The translations under genes and the position numbers were made by a program. A DNA stretch of 61,636 nucleotides, the filler included. It is 5 parts of 5 records of this genome, joined end to end, with 100 filler letters (N's around TTAATTAATTAA, not from the genome) between each part and the next. Parts side by side here need not be neighbours in the genome. Positions count along the whole stretch, not along the records: positions 1 to 5,036 come from DRR378314_2650; positions 5,137 to 21,488 come from DRR378314_2652; 3 more parts are not named here. One strand, given 5' to 3'. This document shows, one piece after another, positions 1 through 11,418 of this stretch. Within the stretch, counting starts at the first letter, position 1, and each line of letters starts with the position of its first letter. The notes under the pieces were generated by a model. The model did not search any database. It was not told the origin of the DNA and saw only the letters and a list, made by a program, of their open reading frames with translations.

Positions 1-50
1 CAATGAACAATGAACAATGAACAATGAACAGTGAACAGTGAACAATGAAC
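1..50. repeat. 7-bp tandem repeat (CARTGAA)x7 at the contig end, inside an intron of the dynein intermediate chain gene
   Basis: CAATGAA x4, CAGTGAA x2, CAATGAA read directly from position 1. Confidence 0.9.
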
Positions 51-183
51 CAAATAGCCGGCGTCTATCCACTCGTGCCGTATGATAAATCTATGCTCAA
101 AGAGAGCAAGCAGCGCCCAGAGACATATTACCATGACTACAATTCGGTGCCCGCAAAACGATCAGCATACACCCGCCACGTAC

Positions 184-2105
184 AATATCCCAAGGCGTAT
201 TCAGCGCCCTTTCTACGAGCGTGCTGGCGCGCAAAACGCTCATCTGATAGCTCGGTTGCTGTTGAATTCGGTCCTTCTCTTCCTCTGTCAGCTCTGAAGA
301 ACGGTGGTGCCAACGCAGCACCCAAGCATGCCTCGTCATTGAACGCATACCTCGCACCTCAGCAGCTGCTATGCTTCGGTTTTTAAGCAGGCAGCAAGAA
401 AATTACAACCGCTTGCTTTGCAGAAGCTACACATCGATGCAGGAGAACGTCCCAGCTGCAAGTTCGCCCGCGTCACGCGAGTGCGGCCTGCTCGACAGGT
501 CCGCAAAAGTCGTCAACGAGAAGAAGCGCACCTGCTGTATGCTCGGCACTCTGGGGAGCATCAGTGTCATCGGCAGTTGTAGCAGCAGATCCAGGACCTG
601 TCGTGTCTGCGTCATCCGGCGGAGCCTGGGCAGTCTCGGCAAGCGTGTCCCCTGGTATGGAGCAAGTCGCGCGGCAGTGGCGGCAGCCAAGGTTCCCGGC
701 GGAGTTAGCCAGCACAGCGAACACAGAAGCACATCCGCCGCTGTCCCACAGCATAGGCAACTGTAGTTTCGCAAACAAATGATAAAGAAGCATGGCGAAC
801 CGATGGCGAGAACTGTGCATTCCCGTGGAAATGTAGCGCAGAATGGCAGGGAACGAGTGAGGTACGCAGCCGTCGTGCGGAACTCCCTTTGCGAGCTGTG
901 CTTTGCCGACTGACTGCTTGCGTCAACTTCACTCATTAGGAATACTAAAACGTAGAAAATCCACAACAGAATAAACGCACCAGCTTCGTCATCTTCCTCA
1001 ACAGAAGGCGCGTTGGTCTGCACGCCTTTGTCATAAGAGTCGACGATCACCGGAAGTACCGAGGTTGAAGCAACTCCCAAGGATACAGCGAGTTTCGCCC
1101 GGAGGCGCTGCGTTCCGCGAGCAGTGATCATATTATTCCAGGATATGAGGTATAATACGCAATGGTATGTCAGAATAAACCATACGAGAGATTACATTGT
1201 CTTACATGAAAACAGAAAACGCGTGTGCGGGGTGGCGGTGCGTGGCACAAGCGCAGAAGCGGAGCCAGGGCGCCGTTGAGTCGACGTACGCTCACGTGCT
1301 CTTCGCGAATGCGATTCTCCAGCTGCTCGCGCTCTTCTTCGGCCTTTTGCTCCGCGACTTCCTTTGCTTCTTCGCGCTCCGCCCGAACTTTTGCAAGAAT
1401 GTCATCCACAGGAACAGTCGGCTCTTTCTCCTCCGTCTGCAAACCCAAATGCGCACGAACGCAAGTCGCCCGCACAGAAAGGCACCTTGTGAGGCAAGGC
1501 TCGGTTTTCGCTCAAGCACAGATTAGCGCGCGCTCGGCCAACGCAGGCGCATTGTACCACGCGGTCGCGCTGCACAGTGCCCAAACGCGGGCCGTTGCCC
1601 GAGCAAGAGAGCAAGAATCGCTGCTGTTCATAGAGAACCTTGGAAAAGCATGTCTTGTCATACAAAGAAGATCAAACAGCTAGGAAGGGCAGACTGTGCC
1701 ACAAGGTCGACGCAAAACTCGAGGGCACGCTCGTACTCGGACGCAGGCTGGCGCTTCGGGCAGAGAAAACAATGGTAATCCCAAAAGGCAAGCGGCATCT
1801 GGGCCGTTTTCTCTTCATGTGCAGGAAATTTGCGCCGTTGTCCACACTTGGAGGACCGTAATGGATACAAAACAGCCCAGCGAGCGCGCATTTGCATGAC
1901 CCAGCCTATATCAGCGCAAGATCGCACGGCAGTGGTGTCCAAGCAAGCAAGTCGCGCCGCGCCGCGCGCGACAGGGTAGACGTACACGCTTCTTTCTCTC
2001 TTCGCGCGCACGCCGCACAGCATCTAAACGCTTCCGCTTCTCTTCCAATTCTTTTTCACGCTGGCGTCGCAGCTCTTCGCGACGTCGACGCTCCGTATCG
2101 GCCAT
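184..2105 (-). CDS. Cytoplasmic dynein-1 intermediate chain, N-terminal part (spliced, 3'-truncated by the contig end)
   Basis: Five exons with GT..AG junctions and compatible phases: 2105-1986, 1436-1296, 1107-981, 651-532, 293-184. The spliced protein has a charged N-terminal helix (MADTERRRREELRRQREKELEEKRKRLDAVRRAREERKKR), a light-chain-binding segment (KLAVS...SYDKGVQT), an acidic linker and ELTEEEKDRI...ASTLVERAL, matching the dynein IC LTEEEK...IVERAL segment. Confidence 0.85.
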
Positions 2106-2852
2106 AGTGGCCAGAAGACCTGCTGTTCCCGCTCAGCCGCGCGCACAACCGGCTAATCGCACCGCAGTATTCCTGGCCGTCGCAGGTGTACACGCCGGCG
2201 CACTTGTGCAAATGAAGCTTACATTTGGTTAATGTACTTAATCTAGGTATACTGTGCGCCCCTCCCTCTTTGTCGAGTAGGCCGACTCTCGCGACCCACG
2301 ACTGCCGCCTGCCGTACTACGGAGGTGCTGTGCTACACGAAAGAGGAGAGGGAAGCGTTTGCAGCCCTCTCCCGCCTCTGATAACAAGTGGTTTCGCCTT
2401 GATTCGGGAGCGCAGCCCGATAGGATTAGTTGCAGGTATGGATTCGTTACTGCTTTGCCGAGAAAATAAAGACGAGAGAGCTCTTCGCTGCAGAAGGAGA
2501 CAGCATCCTCGTTGCACTTCACCGCTTCCACTGGCGCGTTAGCATTTGTACAGCCGGCGTGCTATCAGCTCCGCAGCACGGCACTCGAATTGGATGTGTA
2601 CAGTCCAAGAGATGAGATGAGAAAGAGCAAAAACTCGGATGCGGGGAGAGAATTTCTTAGCAAGACCTCGTTGCTGCGGACGTGCCCATGAAGCAGGCGG
2701 CGAGCACAATGAAGATGCATTTATGCAACCACAGGTACGCAGTGCTCTCCCGACCAGGAGTGCGCCGCGGTAGTATGACACCGCGCCCCAAGAGTCAGGC
2801 CAAAGAACTGACAGACTGCCCCACTGCAAAGTACATCACAACAAAGATGAAC

Positions 2853-4864
2853 TTAGAGGCCCGTCCCAAGTTCAGACAGCTTCTTGTGCGCGGCTGCGTA
2901 ATCTTCGAAGAACTTCGCCTGGTCCTGCGCATACGTCTCGACCCACTTGCGCATTTCCGGCTTCTCGAGAAGCGCCTGAAATTTCAAACACAAGCGGCAG
3001 CGAACGACGAACCGGCAGCCGCGTCACGCACAAACACGACAGACTTTGAAGCCACGCCCATAGCAACCGTGTCCTGTGGAGCGCTAGCGTATCAGGGTAG
3101 CACCCGGACATCGCGCTGCTTCAATGCAACCGGTGCAGGTCGCCGCGCCGAAACGCGTTCTGCGTTTGAAGAACAGAGCGGAGCAGTCCGATGAACCTAA
3201 CCTCGCTTGCATCGGCTCGAGCCAAATACTGCCCTACGAACCTTGCCAATCCATGGGAACATGGATTGGACGCATTTCACATGCTTTCCTCCAATACAAA
3301 ACATAAGTATTCTTAAAGAAGAGACGGGCAACCCAGACGGGCCTCGCATACCTTGTCCGAAGGAAGCTGCAGCAGCCCCTCCGTGGGCTCCTTCTTCAAC
3401 AGCTCGACAAAGTACTGCACAATATCGGAGAACGATGCAAGATCGCAACATGAAGATGAGTGTACGGTCCAACTTTCGAATCCGAAGTAGAGTCAGAATG
3501 ATAACACCGTGCGTACGCGCCCGTATTCTCTGCTATATGGAAAGGCTACTAAGCGTAGTCGAGGAAGCCGTTCGGAGGAAGAAGGGTCGTACCGAGTTGT
3601 CGAACTTGAGCGGCTCCACCGTCCACGCGCCCTCGAAGCCCGAGCTGCCCAAATGGAATACGAAGTGAACAGCAAACATACAACATGGCAGTTGAGAAAG
3701 AATCATGAGTGTCCTACCGATCTCTTCGCCACAAAAAGAACATGCGCAGAGGAGCGGGGAGCGGGCAATACTCAAAAATACCCGCCGGGAAACGGCCACG
3801 ACGCAGTGCGACCATACAAGACGCGCGCTGCTGCGGCGCTTACATAGTACAACGTTCCACACTGCTACTTGGCGGCGATAAAAATCCATGAAATACTTTA
3901 CACGCACCGATCCTTGTGTGCACGGCCAAGCGTATGGGCACCGGAGAGCGCCACGATCTCCTGATCATTGAATCCCATGCGGTAGAAGATGTCCTCGAGA
4001 TGGCTGACACCCTGCAACGCAGTCGCGCAGCACAACGGGCGAAGAAAAATCAAATTGTGGAGAGAAAAAAAAAACAGTCCAGTCTTTCCGAATACGTAGC
4101 ACCGCATTCCGCATGCGAATTAGCAGATGGGCACACAATCGAGTAACAAGCGCAATGCGATGCGCCACAGTGCATTTTCCCGACCCATTAACGCTGAAAC
4201 CCATTCGCGCCAATTCCCCTTTGTACCCATTCTGCTAAGATATACTTTGCCCAGGACAAGCATATAGAACAAGGCACCCCTTCGTGATGGCAGTCACTAT
4301 GTACATTACGACTCTACATGCAACGAAATGCTTTACCTTTTTCGCATCCGGAAGACGTCCATCCGGAGTGCAGTCGGCCTCGGCGGCATCCTTGCGACCT
4401 GGGAGCAAAACCATACAGGGGCGGGCATTTTACCCCGAGGACCGTTCTCATGAGTTGGAAATACACTCACAAACCATGATCAGCGCCTGCTTCCCGCAAA
4501 GGAGCAGCAAGGTCACGCACGCGAACATACGTGCGCAGCATTGCCTTTCGCAACTCAAAAAAGGACGGCGTCGAACAAGTTCGACACGAACAGGATACTT
4601 CGACACACAACAAACTGGCGGAAGGCGAAGGAATAGCCTTCACGTTTCAAGGGCCAGCTGCGGAGTCGCGCGGATATCGCCGCCCCAACCCCTCACTGCA
4701 GCGCACCGTTCTGTCGGACTTGAACGTACCGGACTTGAACTCGATCTTCGGGCCGCCGGTGTATTCCACGGCGGCGTACCCAGCGAGCTGGATGAAGTCA
4801 GCCAGGCCAATGTCCGCAAACTGCTCGTGGACCGGCTTGATCAAGTTCATCGCGATCGTCAGAC
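2853..4864 (-). CDS. APX: Ascorbate-peroxidase-type class I heme peroxidase (spliced, 5'-truncated)
   Basis: Six GT..AG exons in phase: 4864-4730, 4398-4337, 4011-3908, 3644-3593, 3414-3352, 2975-2853. The product contains [28 protein letters not shown], proximal-His motif [38 protein letters not shown] and [16 protein letters not shown], ending in TAA. Confidence 0.93.
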
Positions 4865-5036
4865 CTACACGAACAGAACCGCAGCAAGCGCGAAGCGGCA
4901 AGCACGAGAAAAGAAACCGTAAGCAACACTCTTCACCAAACAATCGCCTGCTCCTATGCGCGAGAGATGAGAAAGCGAACAGAAACAATCGACGCAAAGC
5001 TTAGAAATTTGCCAGGTCAGTTTTACTGATGCACGG

Positions 5037-5136
5037 NNNNNNNNNNNNNNNNNNNNNNNNNNNNNNNNNNNNNNNNNNNNTTAATTAATTAANNNNNNNN
5101 NNNNNNNNNNNNNNNNNNNNNNNNNNNNNNNNNNNN
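5037..5136. other. Artificial contig spacer
   Basis: 44 N + TTAATTAATTAA (stops in all six frames) + 44 N. Confidence 0.97.
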
Positions 5137-5673
5137 CAGGTGCTTGGGGCGCGGCATCAACTGCTGCGCCTGCACATTGGTGAACTGGGCAAAAGACCCA
5201 TCCGGTGTTTCATACCCCCAGATGCGCTGTGACGGTGAATACATTGGATCGCCACCGTTGCATTCCTCGTCGTCGCCATCATCCTGGTTACAGTGAATGA
5301 CAACCTCATCACCGACTTTCCAGCGTTTGACCTTGTCACCAACGGCCCAGACGATGCCAGACGCATCGGAGCCTGCAATATGGAATGGCTGTTTGTGACC
5401 GTCAAACGGGCTGATCGGCTCCCCCAATGACGCCCAGACCCCGTTGTAGTTCACGCCCGCTGCCATCACGAGGACCAGCACGTCGTGGCTGTCCAGCTCT
5501 GGCACATCGACAACCTCTTGCAGCATCGCCGTGTTGGGTTCCCCGTGACGCTCACGACGGATGGTCCACGCATACATTTGTTTCGGGACATGACCCATCG
5601 GGGGCATTTCACCAACCTCATAGAGGTCCTTTTCAGGTGCGTCATACTGCGCAACGTTTGAATCGAGTGCCAT
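5137..5673 (-). CDS. ccr: Crotonyl-CoA carboxylase/reductase (3'-truncated)
   Basis: KDLYEVGEMPPMGHVPKQMYAW, MAAGVNYNGVWA, HIAGSDASG, IWGYETPDGSFAQF; GGAGG RBS before the ATG at 5673; ecm nearby. Confidence 0.95.
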
Positions 5674-5791
5674 GGGCGGCCTCCTATGGGTAAATCGTCT
5701 GAATTGCCGCGATGCAGAATCGCGTTGGTGTTCCCATGGAATAAGATTCACCGCGCAACAATGCAACACCGGAAGTCACTCTTTTGTAACT

Positions 5792-7186
5792 TTATGACCC
5801 AGCAGGTGCAGAAATTCCCTTTGCGCTCGCAGCATCCGCCTGAAAATAATGGGCAATCGAATTGGCATAAAAGCGCAGGATCGCCTGTTTGCCCTCGATC
5901 ACATGCCAGTCGCCATCACGTTCTTCGATCAGTTTGCGATTGACCAACCCTTCAATCGCCCGCGAAATCTCAAGCGGACGGTCAGCGGCATCTACAACAC
6001 GGTAGTCTTCGGGCACAGCATCGAACAATGCCGCTGCTTGCCTGCGCAGTGCCGCGTCCTCGATGCCCTGTTCCCGCAGCAGCACATGACAGACCGCTGG
6101 CACAGCGAGGATCGGCATCACGCCGGCAATCCGGCCCATCAATTCATGAGACAGTGTTTCAACCTGCACCTGCGCCCCCGCCTCGCGCAGCGACAGCGGC
6201 GTGCCGAAGGTCACGGCGGCGGTCCCGAAACGGGTTTCCTGAAAGGTAACCTTTTGCCAAAGCTTGCGCAGCACAAAACCCACAACAACAGAAATCCGCG
6301 CCCCGAACCGCCGGTCGCCGCGTTCATGGGCGGCGATTAAAACAATATCCTCCAGCACCCGATCATAGTTGATCGCCACAGGCACAAACACCACATCGCG
6401 CCCGCCCTCCGGGTCAAATCCCTCCACCAGATAGGACATCAACCCCATTTTGGGCTTTTGCAGCTTACCGGTCAGGCTCAGCCCGCCTTCCGGGTAAAAC
6501 GCCTGATTGACCCCGCCAGCGGTTGCCATCTGCACATATCGCGCCAGAACCTTGCGATAGAGCGCGCCGCGCGCACGGCGCCGGATAAAATATGCCCCCA
6601 GCGATTTGATCAACCAGCTAAGCGGCCAGACCCGCGCCCATTCGCCCACAGCGTAAGACAACGCAGAATCGCGTGCTGCCAGATAGGTCACCAGCACGTA
6701 ATCCATATTGCTGCGGTGGTTCATTACAAAGACAACCGTGGCATCCTTGGGAATCCCGCTCAGAATGCGGTCATTCACATCTGAACGTTCAATCCGGTAG
6801 ACAAAATTCGCAAGTAGCCGCGTCAGTCGGATGGCAAAGCTGAAATAGGCGAAGGCAGAAAAACTCGGCACGATCTCGCGGGCATAATCACGAGCCTTTT
6901 CAAACGCGACATTTTCCGGCACGCCATTTTCTCGCGCGTAATTCACAATCTCACGGGTGACGTCAGGATCATAGATCAAACGCTGGATCATGTCATAGCG
7001 CCGCGCCAGCTTGAACGGTTCGATGGGGCGTTTCAGCCGCGTGTTCAGCCGTTTAACCGCTTTTTCCAACCGCCGCCGAAAGAACCAACGCACAGAGGGC
7101 AACAGAAAATGACTAAGTGCCGTGACCGCTGCGAAGAGCATGATCAGCACAAAAAGCCACAGGGGAAGTTGCACGGTCTGTGTCAT
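5792..7186 (-). CDS. Glycerol-phosphate/lysophospholipid acyltransferase (PlsB/PlsC family)
   Basis: NHRSNMDY (HX4D) and FYPEGG motifs, N-terminal TM helix. Confidence 0.85.
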   Translation of the reverse strand: MTQTVQLPLWLFVLIMLFAAVTALSHFLLPSVRWFFRRRLEKAVKRLNTRLKRPIEPFKLARRYDMIQRLIYDPDVTREIVNYARENGVPENVAFEKARDYAREIVPSFSAFAYFSFAIRLTRLLANFVYRIERSDVNDRILSGIPKDATVVFVMNHRSNMDYVLVTYLAARDSALSYAVGEWARVWPLSWLIKSLGAYFIRRRARGALYRKVLARYVQMATAGGVNQAFYPEGGLSLTGKLQKPKMGLMSYLVEGFDPEGGRDVVFVPVAINYDRVLEDIVLIAAHERGDRRFGARISVVVGFVLRKLWQKVTFQETRFGTAAVTFGTPLSLREAGAQVQVETLSHELMGRIAGVMPILAVPAVCHVLLREQGIEDAALRRQAAALFDAVPEDYRVVDAADRPLEISRAIEGLVNRKLIEERDGDWHVIEGKQAILRFYANSIAHYFQADAASAKGISAPAGS

Positions 7187-7243
7187 GGGCGCACCCTTGC
7201 AGTGTCAGAGGCCAAGAACAATATAGGAAGTGTCGGATAAAGG

Positions 7244-7849
7244 ATGCAGCCAGTGGATTTCACCATCACAAAAGGATTTTCAGACCATGAGCGTGCGCAG
7301 ATTGCGGCGCTCTACTGGGAGGCATTTACCCAGAAGCTGCACCATGTCCTTGGGCCGGAAGACAAGGCGCTGCAGTTCATCGCCACCAATCTGCACCCAG
7401 ACTTCGCCTTGATCGCCCGTGATACAGAGGGGCAGATCCTTGGCGTCGCGGGTTTCAAGACACAGCAAGGTGCGCTGATCGGTGGCTCCCTGCGCGACAT
7501 CGCCGAAACCTATGGCTGGTTATCCACCTGCTGGCGCGCGCCACTTCTGGCGGTGGTCGAAAGGGATCTGGCCGAAGGTGTCTTGCTGATGGACGGCATC
7601 TGCGTCTCGGCGCAGGCGCGTGGTATGGGGCTTGGCACCGCCCTGCTGAACGCGATCAAACAAGAAGCCGCAAGACAGGGGCTGAATGCTGTCCGGCTGG
7701 ATGTGATCAACACCAATCCACGTGCCCGCGCATTGTACCAGCGCGAGGGGTTCAGGGAGATTGGTCAGGAAAACCTTGGCCCGTTCAAATACGTTTTTGG
7801 CTTCGACAGCAGCACCCAAATGCTTTGTCCTATTGCACCGGTGCCTTGA
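7244..7849 (+). CDS. GNAT-family N-acetyltransferase
   Basis: ICVSAQARGMGLGTALL acetyl-CoA motif; NPRARALYQREGF. Confidence 0.85.
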   Translation: MQPVDFTITKGFSDHERAQIAALYWEAFTQKLHHVLGPEDKALQFIATNLHPDFALIARDTEGQILGVAGFKTQQGALIGGSLRDIAETYGWLSTCWRAPLLAVVERDLAEGVLLMDGICVSAQARGMGLGTALLNAIKQEAARQGLNAVRLDVINTNPRARALYQREGFREIGQENLGPFKYVFGFDSSTQMLCPIAPVP

Positions 7850-8639
7850 ACGACGCCAGCAGATCGGACATCGCACTGCGATCAACAGCGATGATGCCAC
7901 GGCGCGGCCGGTCAAGATCGACGATGAGAAAGACCAAAAGCACAATCAGCGTCAGCATCAGATACACCGGGGTGGCCGGTTTCGTGCCATTCACGCCCGA
8001 TGAGAACCCCAGCATCGCACCGGACAGGATAAAGGTCACAAACAACATGATCAGCACAACCTCTGGCACATGCCGGTCAAGAGCCGCATTGCGCGAGGCA
8101 AGCGCGTCGATCATATCGTTCAACGCATTGGTCAGGGAAACCGCCGCCGGCCCGCCGGGATCACGGGCATTGGCCGCCGCGATGGACCAGATCTGTGCAA
8201 AGGTCTCCTCGGCATTGGCGGTAAAGGCATCGCGCTTGCGGTGCTGATCGGCCGAAACATCCCCAGCTTCAACGCGCAGCCGGGTATATTTCAACAGGCC
8301 GACCTTGGCTTGGGTTTTTGCCGCACCTTCAAGGAACTCCAGGCGCAACCAGGCTGTGCCAATCGCATTTGCCTCTGCCACAACCGAGCTTGAGCGCGCA
8401 TCGTGGCGCGACAGGGACAGCGAGAAGGTGAACCCCAGCAGCAAGGCCAACAGGCCCAGCAAGGACCCCTGAACCGCCGTCGATTGTGCGCGGGTCTGTT
8501 CGGTTTCTACGTTTTGCCGGCGGAATCCAATGTGATATCCCAACCAGGTGGCCAGCAGCATTGCAATCAACAGGCCACCGGCAATCAGTGGCGTAGGAAT
8601 ATCATACATCAGCTCTTTCGGTCCCATGAAAGCATCCAA
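7830..8639 (-). CDS. Four-TM membrane protein (DUF4239/bestrophin-like)
   Basis: LLGLLALLLGFTF...EANAIGTAW and DLDRPRRG patterns, four hydrophobic segments. Confidence 0.65.
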   Translation of the reverse strand: MDAFMGPKELMYDIPTPLIAGGLLIAMLLATWLGYHIGFRRQNVETEQTRAQSTAVQGSLLGLLALLLGFTFSLSLSRHDARSSSVVAEANAIGTAWLRLEFLEGAAKTQAKVGLLKYTRLRVEAGDVSADQHRKRDAFTANAEETFAQIWSIAAANARDPGGPAAVSLTNALNDMIDALASRNAALDRHVPEVVLIMLFVTFILSGAMLGFSSGVNGTKPATPVYLMLTLIVLLVFLIVDLDRPRRGIIAVDRSAMSDLLASFKAPVQ

Positions 8640-8793
8640 GAACGGCAGTGTTGCAGTCCCCTATGCCGCCGCTTGCCTTGCGTCAATTATCATCGCACCA
8701 TGCCGCAACGCAGCGAATTGACATTGGCATAAAATGTCCCGTACATAACGAAACACGCAAGATTATTGCCCAACCGATTCAGGGAGCCCCCCC

Positions 8794-10761
8794 ATGTCCG
8801 CGCAAACCAAAGACCGTCCATGGCTGATCCGCACCTACGCGGGCCACTCCACCGCAGAAGCGTCAAATGCGCTTTACCGATCCAATCTGGCGAAAGGGCA
8901 AACCGGTCTGTCGGTCGCTTTCGATTTGCCGACACAGACCGGATATGACAGCGACCACATCCTGTCGCGCGGCGAAGTCGGTAAGGTCGGTGTGCCGGTC
9001 AGCCATCTAGGCGATATGCGCATGCTGTTCCGCGATATCCCGCTGGAGCAGATGAATACCTCCATGACGATTAATGCCACGGCACCTTGGTTGCTGGCCC
9101 TCTATATTGCTGTGGCCGAGGAACAGGGTGCGGATATTTCCGCCCTCAATGGCACCGTGCAAAATGATCTGATCAAGGAATACCTGTCGCGCGGCACCTA
9201 TATTTGCCCGCCTGCCCCTTCGCTCAAAATGATCGCGGATGTGGCCGAATATTGTTACACGCATGTGCCGAAATGGAACCCGATGAATGTTTGTTCCTAT
9301 CACCTGCAAGAGGCCGGTGCGACGCCGGAGCAGGAATTGGCTTTCGCCTTGGCAACGGCCACTGCGGTGCTGGACCAATTACGTCCGCGCGTAGATGAAA
9401 AGGACTTTCCTGCATTGGTGGGACGTATTTCATTTTTCGTAAATGCCGGTATCCGTTTTGTCACCGAAATGTGCAAAATGCGCGCCTTTGTCGATTTGTG
9501 GGATGAAATCTGCCTTGAACGCTACGGTGTTGAGGACAGCAAATACCGCCGATTCCGCTACGGGGTACAGGTCAATTCGCTGGGCCTGACCGAGCAACAG
9601 CCAGAGAACAACGTCTACCGCATTCTGATCGAGATGCTGGCCGTGACCCTGTCGAAGAAAGCCCGCGCCCGCGCCGTGCAATTACCCGCATGGAACGAGG
9701 CACTTGGCCTGCCGCGTCCATGGGATCAGCAATGGTCGATGCGGATGCAGCAAATTCTGGCGTATGAAACCGACTTGCTGGAATTTGATGACCTGTTTGA
9801 TGGCAATCCGGCGGTTGATAAAAAGGTCGAGGAATTAAAAGCCGGGGCGCGTGCCGAATTGGCATTACTGGATGGCATGGGCGGCGCAATTGATGCCATT
9901 GACTATATGAAGGGCCGTCTGGTCGAAAGCAATTCCGACCGTCTGGGCCGTATCGAAGCGGGTGAAACCGTGGTTGTCGGTGTGAATAAATGGCAGCAAG
10001 GGGAACCCTCCCCGTTGATGACAGGCGATGGCGGCATCATGGTTGTCGACCCGGCAGTCGAAGCGGAACAGATTGGCCGTCTCAACGCGTGGCGCGCTGA
10101 ACGCAACGAGGGAGAGGTCAACGCCGCCCTTGCGGACCTGCGCGCCGCTGCCGCGGAAGGGCGCAATGTGATGCCCGCCTCTGTGGCCGCTGCCAAGGCG
10201 GGGGTGACCACCGGCGAGTGGGCGGCACAAATGCGGGCTGTGCATGGTGAATACCGTGGGCCAACGGGTGTCGCAAAAGGACAATCCAACAAGACCGAAG
10301 GTCTGGACGATCTACGCGCTGCGGTAGATGCGGTGAGCGACAAGCTGGGTCGTCGTTTGAAATTCCTTGTCGGCAAACCAGGACTTGATGGTCATTCAAA
10401 CGGCGCCGAACAGATTGCTGTGCGCGCGCGTGATTGCGGCATGGACATCGCCTATGAGGGTATTCGCCTGACCCCTTCGGAAATCATTCAGGCGGCCCGT
10501 GAGGACGCGGCGCATGTTGTCGGGCTGTCAATCTTATCCGGCTCTCATATCCCTTTGGTGGAAGATCTAATTACCCAGATGCGCAGCGCAGGGTTGGGTC
10601 ATATCCCGGTTATCGTCGGCGGTATCATTCCTGACGACGATGCAGCGCGGTTGATCTCAATGGGAGTCGCGCGTGTCTATACGCCAAAGGATTTTGAATT
10701 GAACATGATCATGCAGGATATCATCACCCTGGCCGACCCTACGGCCGTCGCCGCGGAATAA
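8794..10761 (+). CDS. ecm: Ethylmalonyl-CoA mutase (B12-dependent, MeaA)
   Basis: DRPWLIRTYAGHS N-terminus, GLSVAFDLPTQTGYD, B12-binding GLDGHSNG; linked to ccr. Confidence 0.95.
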   Translation: MSAQTKDRPWLIRTYAGHSTAEASNALYRSNLAKGQTGLSVAFDLPTQTGYDSDHILSRGEVGKVGVPVSHLGDMRMLFRDIPLEQMNTSMTINATAPWLLALYIAVAEEQGADISALNGTVQNDLIKEYLSRGTYICPPAPSLKMIADVAEYCYTHVPKWNPMNVCSYHLQEAGATPEQELAFALATATAVLDQLRPRVDEKDFPALVGRISFFVNAGIRFVTEMCKMRAFVDLWDEICLERYGVEDSKYRRFRYGVQVNSLGLTEQQPENNVYRILIEMLAVTLSKKARARAVQLPAWNEALGLPRPWDQQWSMRMQQILAYETDLLEFDDLFDGNPAVDKKVEELKAGARAELALLDGMGGAIDAIDYMKGRLVESNSDRLGRIEAGETVVVGVNKWQQGEPSPLMTGDGGIMVVDPAVEAEQIGRLNAWRAERNEGEVNAALADLRAAAAEGRNVMPASVAAAKAGVTTGEWAAQMRAVHGEYRGPTGVAKGQSNKTEGLDDLRAAVDAVSDKLGRRLKFLVGKPGLDGHSNGAEQIAVRARDCGMDIAYEGIRLTPSEIIQAAREDAAHVVGLSILSGSHIPLVEDLITQMRSAGLGHIPVIVGGIIPDDDAARLISMGVARVYTPKDFELNMIMQDIITLADPTAVAAE

Positions 10762-10842
10762 ATTGACACAAATCCTCTCTTTTCTTTGATTATGAATTGG
10801 TTAACTCCTTTTCACATAAGTTGTGAAAAAAGGGGTTTACCT

Positions 10843-11187
10843 GTGCATATCGAACTTAAATCAATGACCCGTAAAGAGCTGGAGAAACATCTTAAAGATG
10901 TGCAGAAGGCATTAAAGACCGCAAGGGCCCGCGACCAACGCGAGGCCTTAAAAGCCGCCGAAAAGGCCGCTGCTGAATTTGGTTTCTCGCTTGATCAATT
11001 GTCCAGCGACGCACCTAAGGCACGTAAAGCAACTAAAGGCAAAGCCCCGAAAAAAAAGGTTAAATCAAAACCGATGTATGCCAATCCGGCGGATAAAGGC
11101 CAGACCTGGACCGGCAAGGGACGCCAGCCCAATTGGTATCGTGAAGCCATGGCAAATGGGGTTTCACCAGAGACCCTGAAAATCTGA
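10843..11187 (+). CDS. hns: H-NS family nucleoid protein
   Basis: YANP...TWTGKGRQPNW DNA-binding motif; GTG start at 10843 after AGGGG. Confidence 0.9.
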   Translation: MHIELKSMTRKELEKHLKDVQKALKTARARDQREALKAAEKAAAEFGFSLDQLSSDAPKARKATKGKAPKKKVKSKPMYANPADKGQTWTGKGRQPNWYREAMANGVSPETLKI

Positions 11188-11210
11188 GATAAACCTGCCC
11201 GATATTGGAA

Positions 11211-11237
11211 CCTTACCGGTGGTTGTTTTCGGTAAGG
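11211..11237. terminator. Hairpin downstream of hns
   Basis: CCTTACCG...CGGTAAGG inverted repeat; no clear U-tract. Confidence 0.4.
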
Positions 11238-11418
11238 GGCCAATTCGGCGTTTTTCTCGCAAGGTATTGATTCGTATGATACCTTTTCCTTGAAAAATCA
11301 CTCAACCTATTGCGCGCATTACCATCGCGCTGCGCACGTATTGCGGGTCGCATTGCATTTCTTATTGATGCCGCCGCGCACAAATGCACTTAGTTGGCAA
11401 ACAAATTAGGAGCCTCCA

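Noticed and set aside
1-50. 7-bp repeat as a telomere or CRISPR array
   Set aside because: No spacers and no G-rich telomere-type unit; it falls inside an intron of an incomplete gene, so it is a minisatellite that probably broke the assembly.
45-5004. The many short ORFs in the first contig as independent genes
   Set aside because: They are exon fragments or antisense and intronic noise explained by the two spliced genes.
5081-5092. TTAATTAATTAA as a biological repeat or att site
   Set aside because: Identical in all four N-blocks with fixed 44-N flanks; it is a six-frame stop linker.
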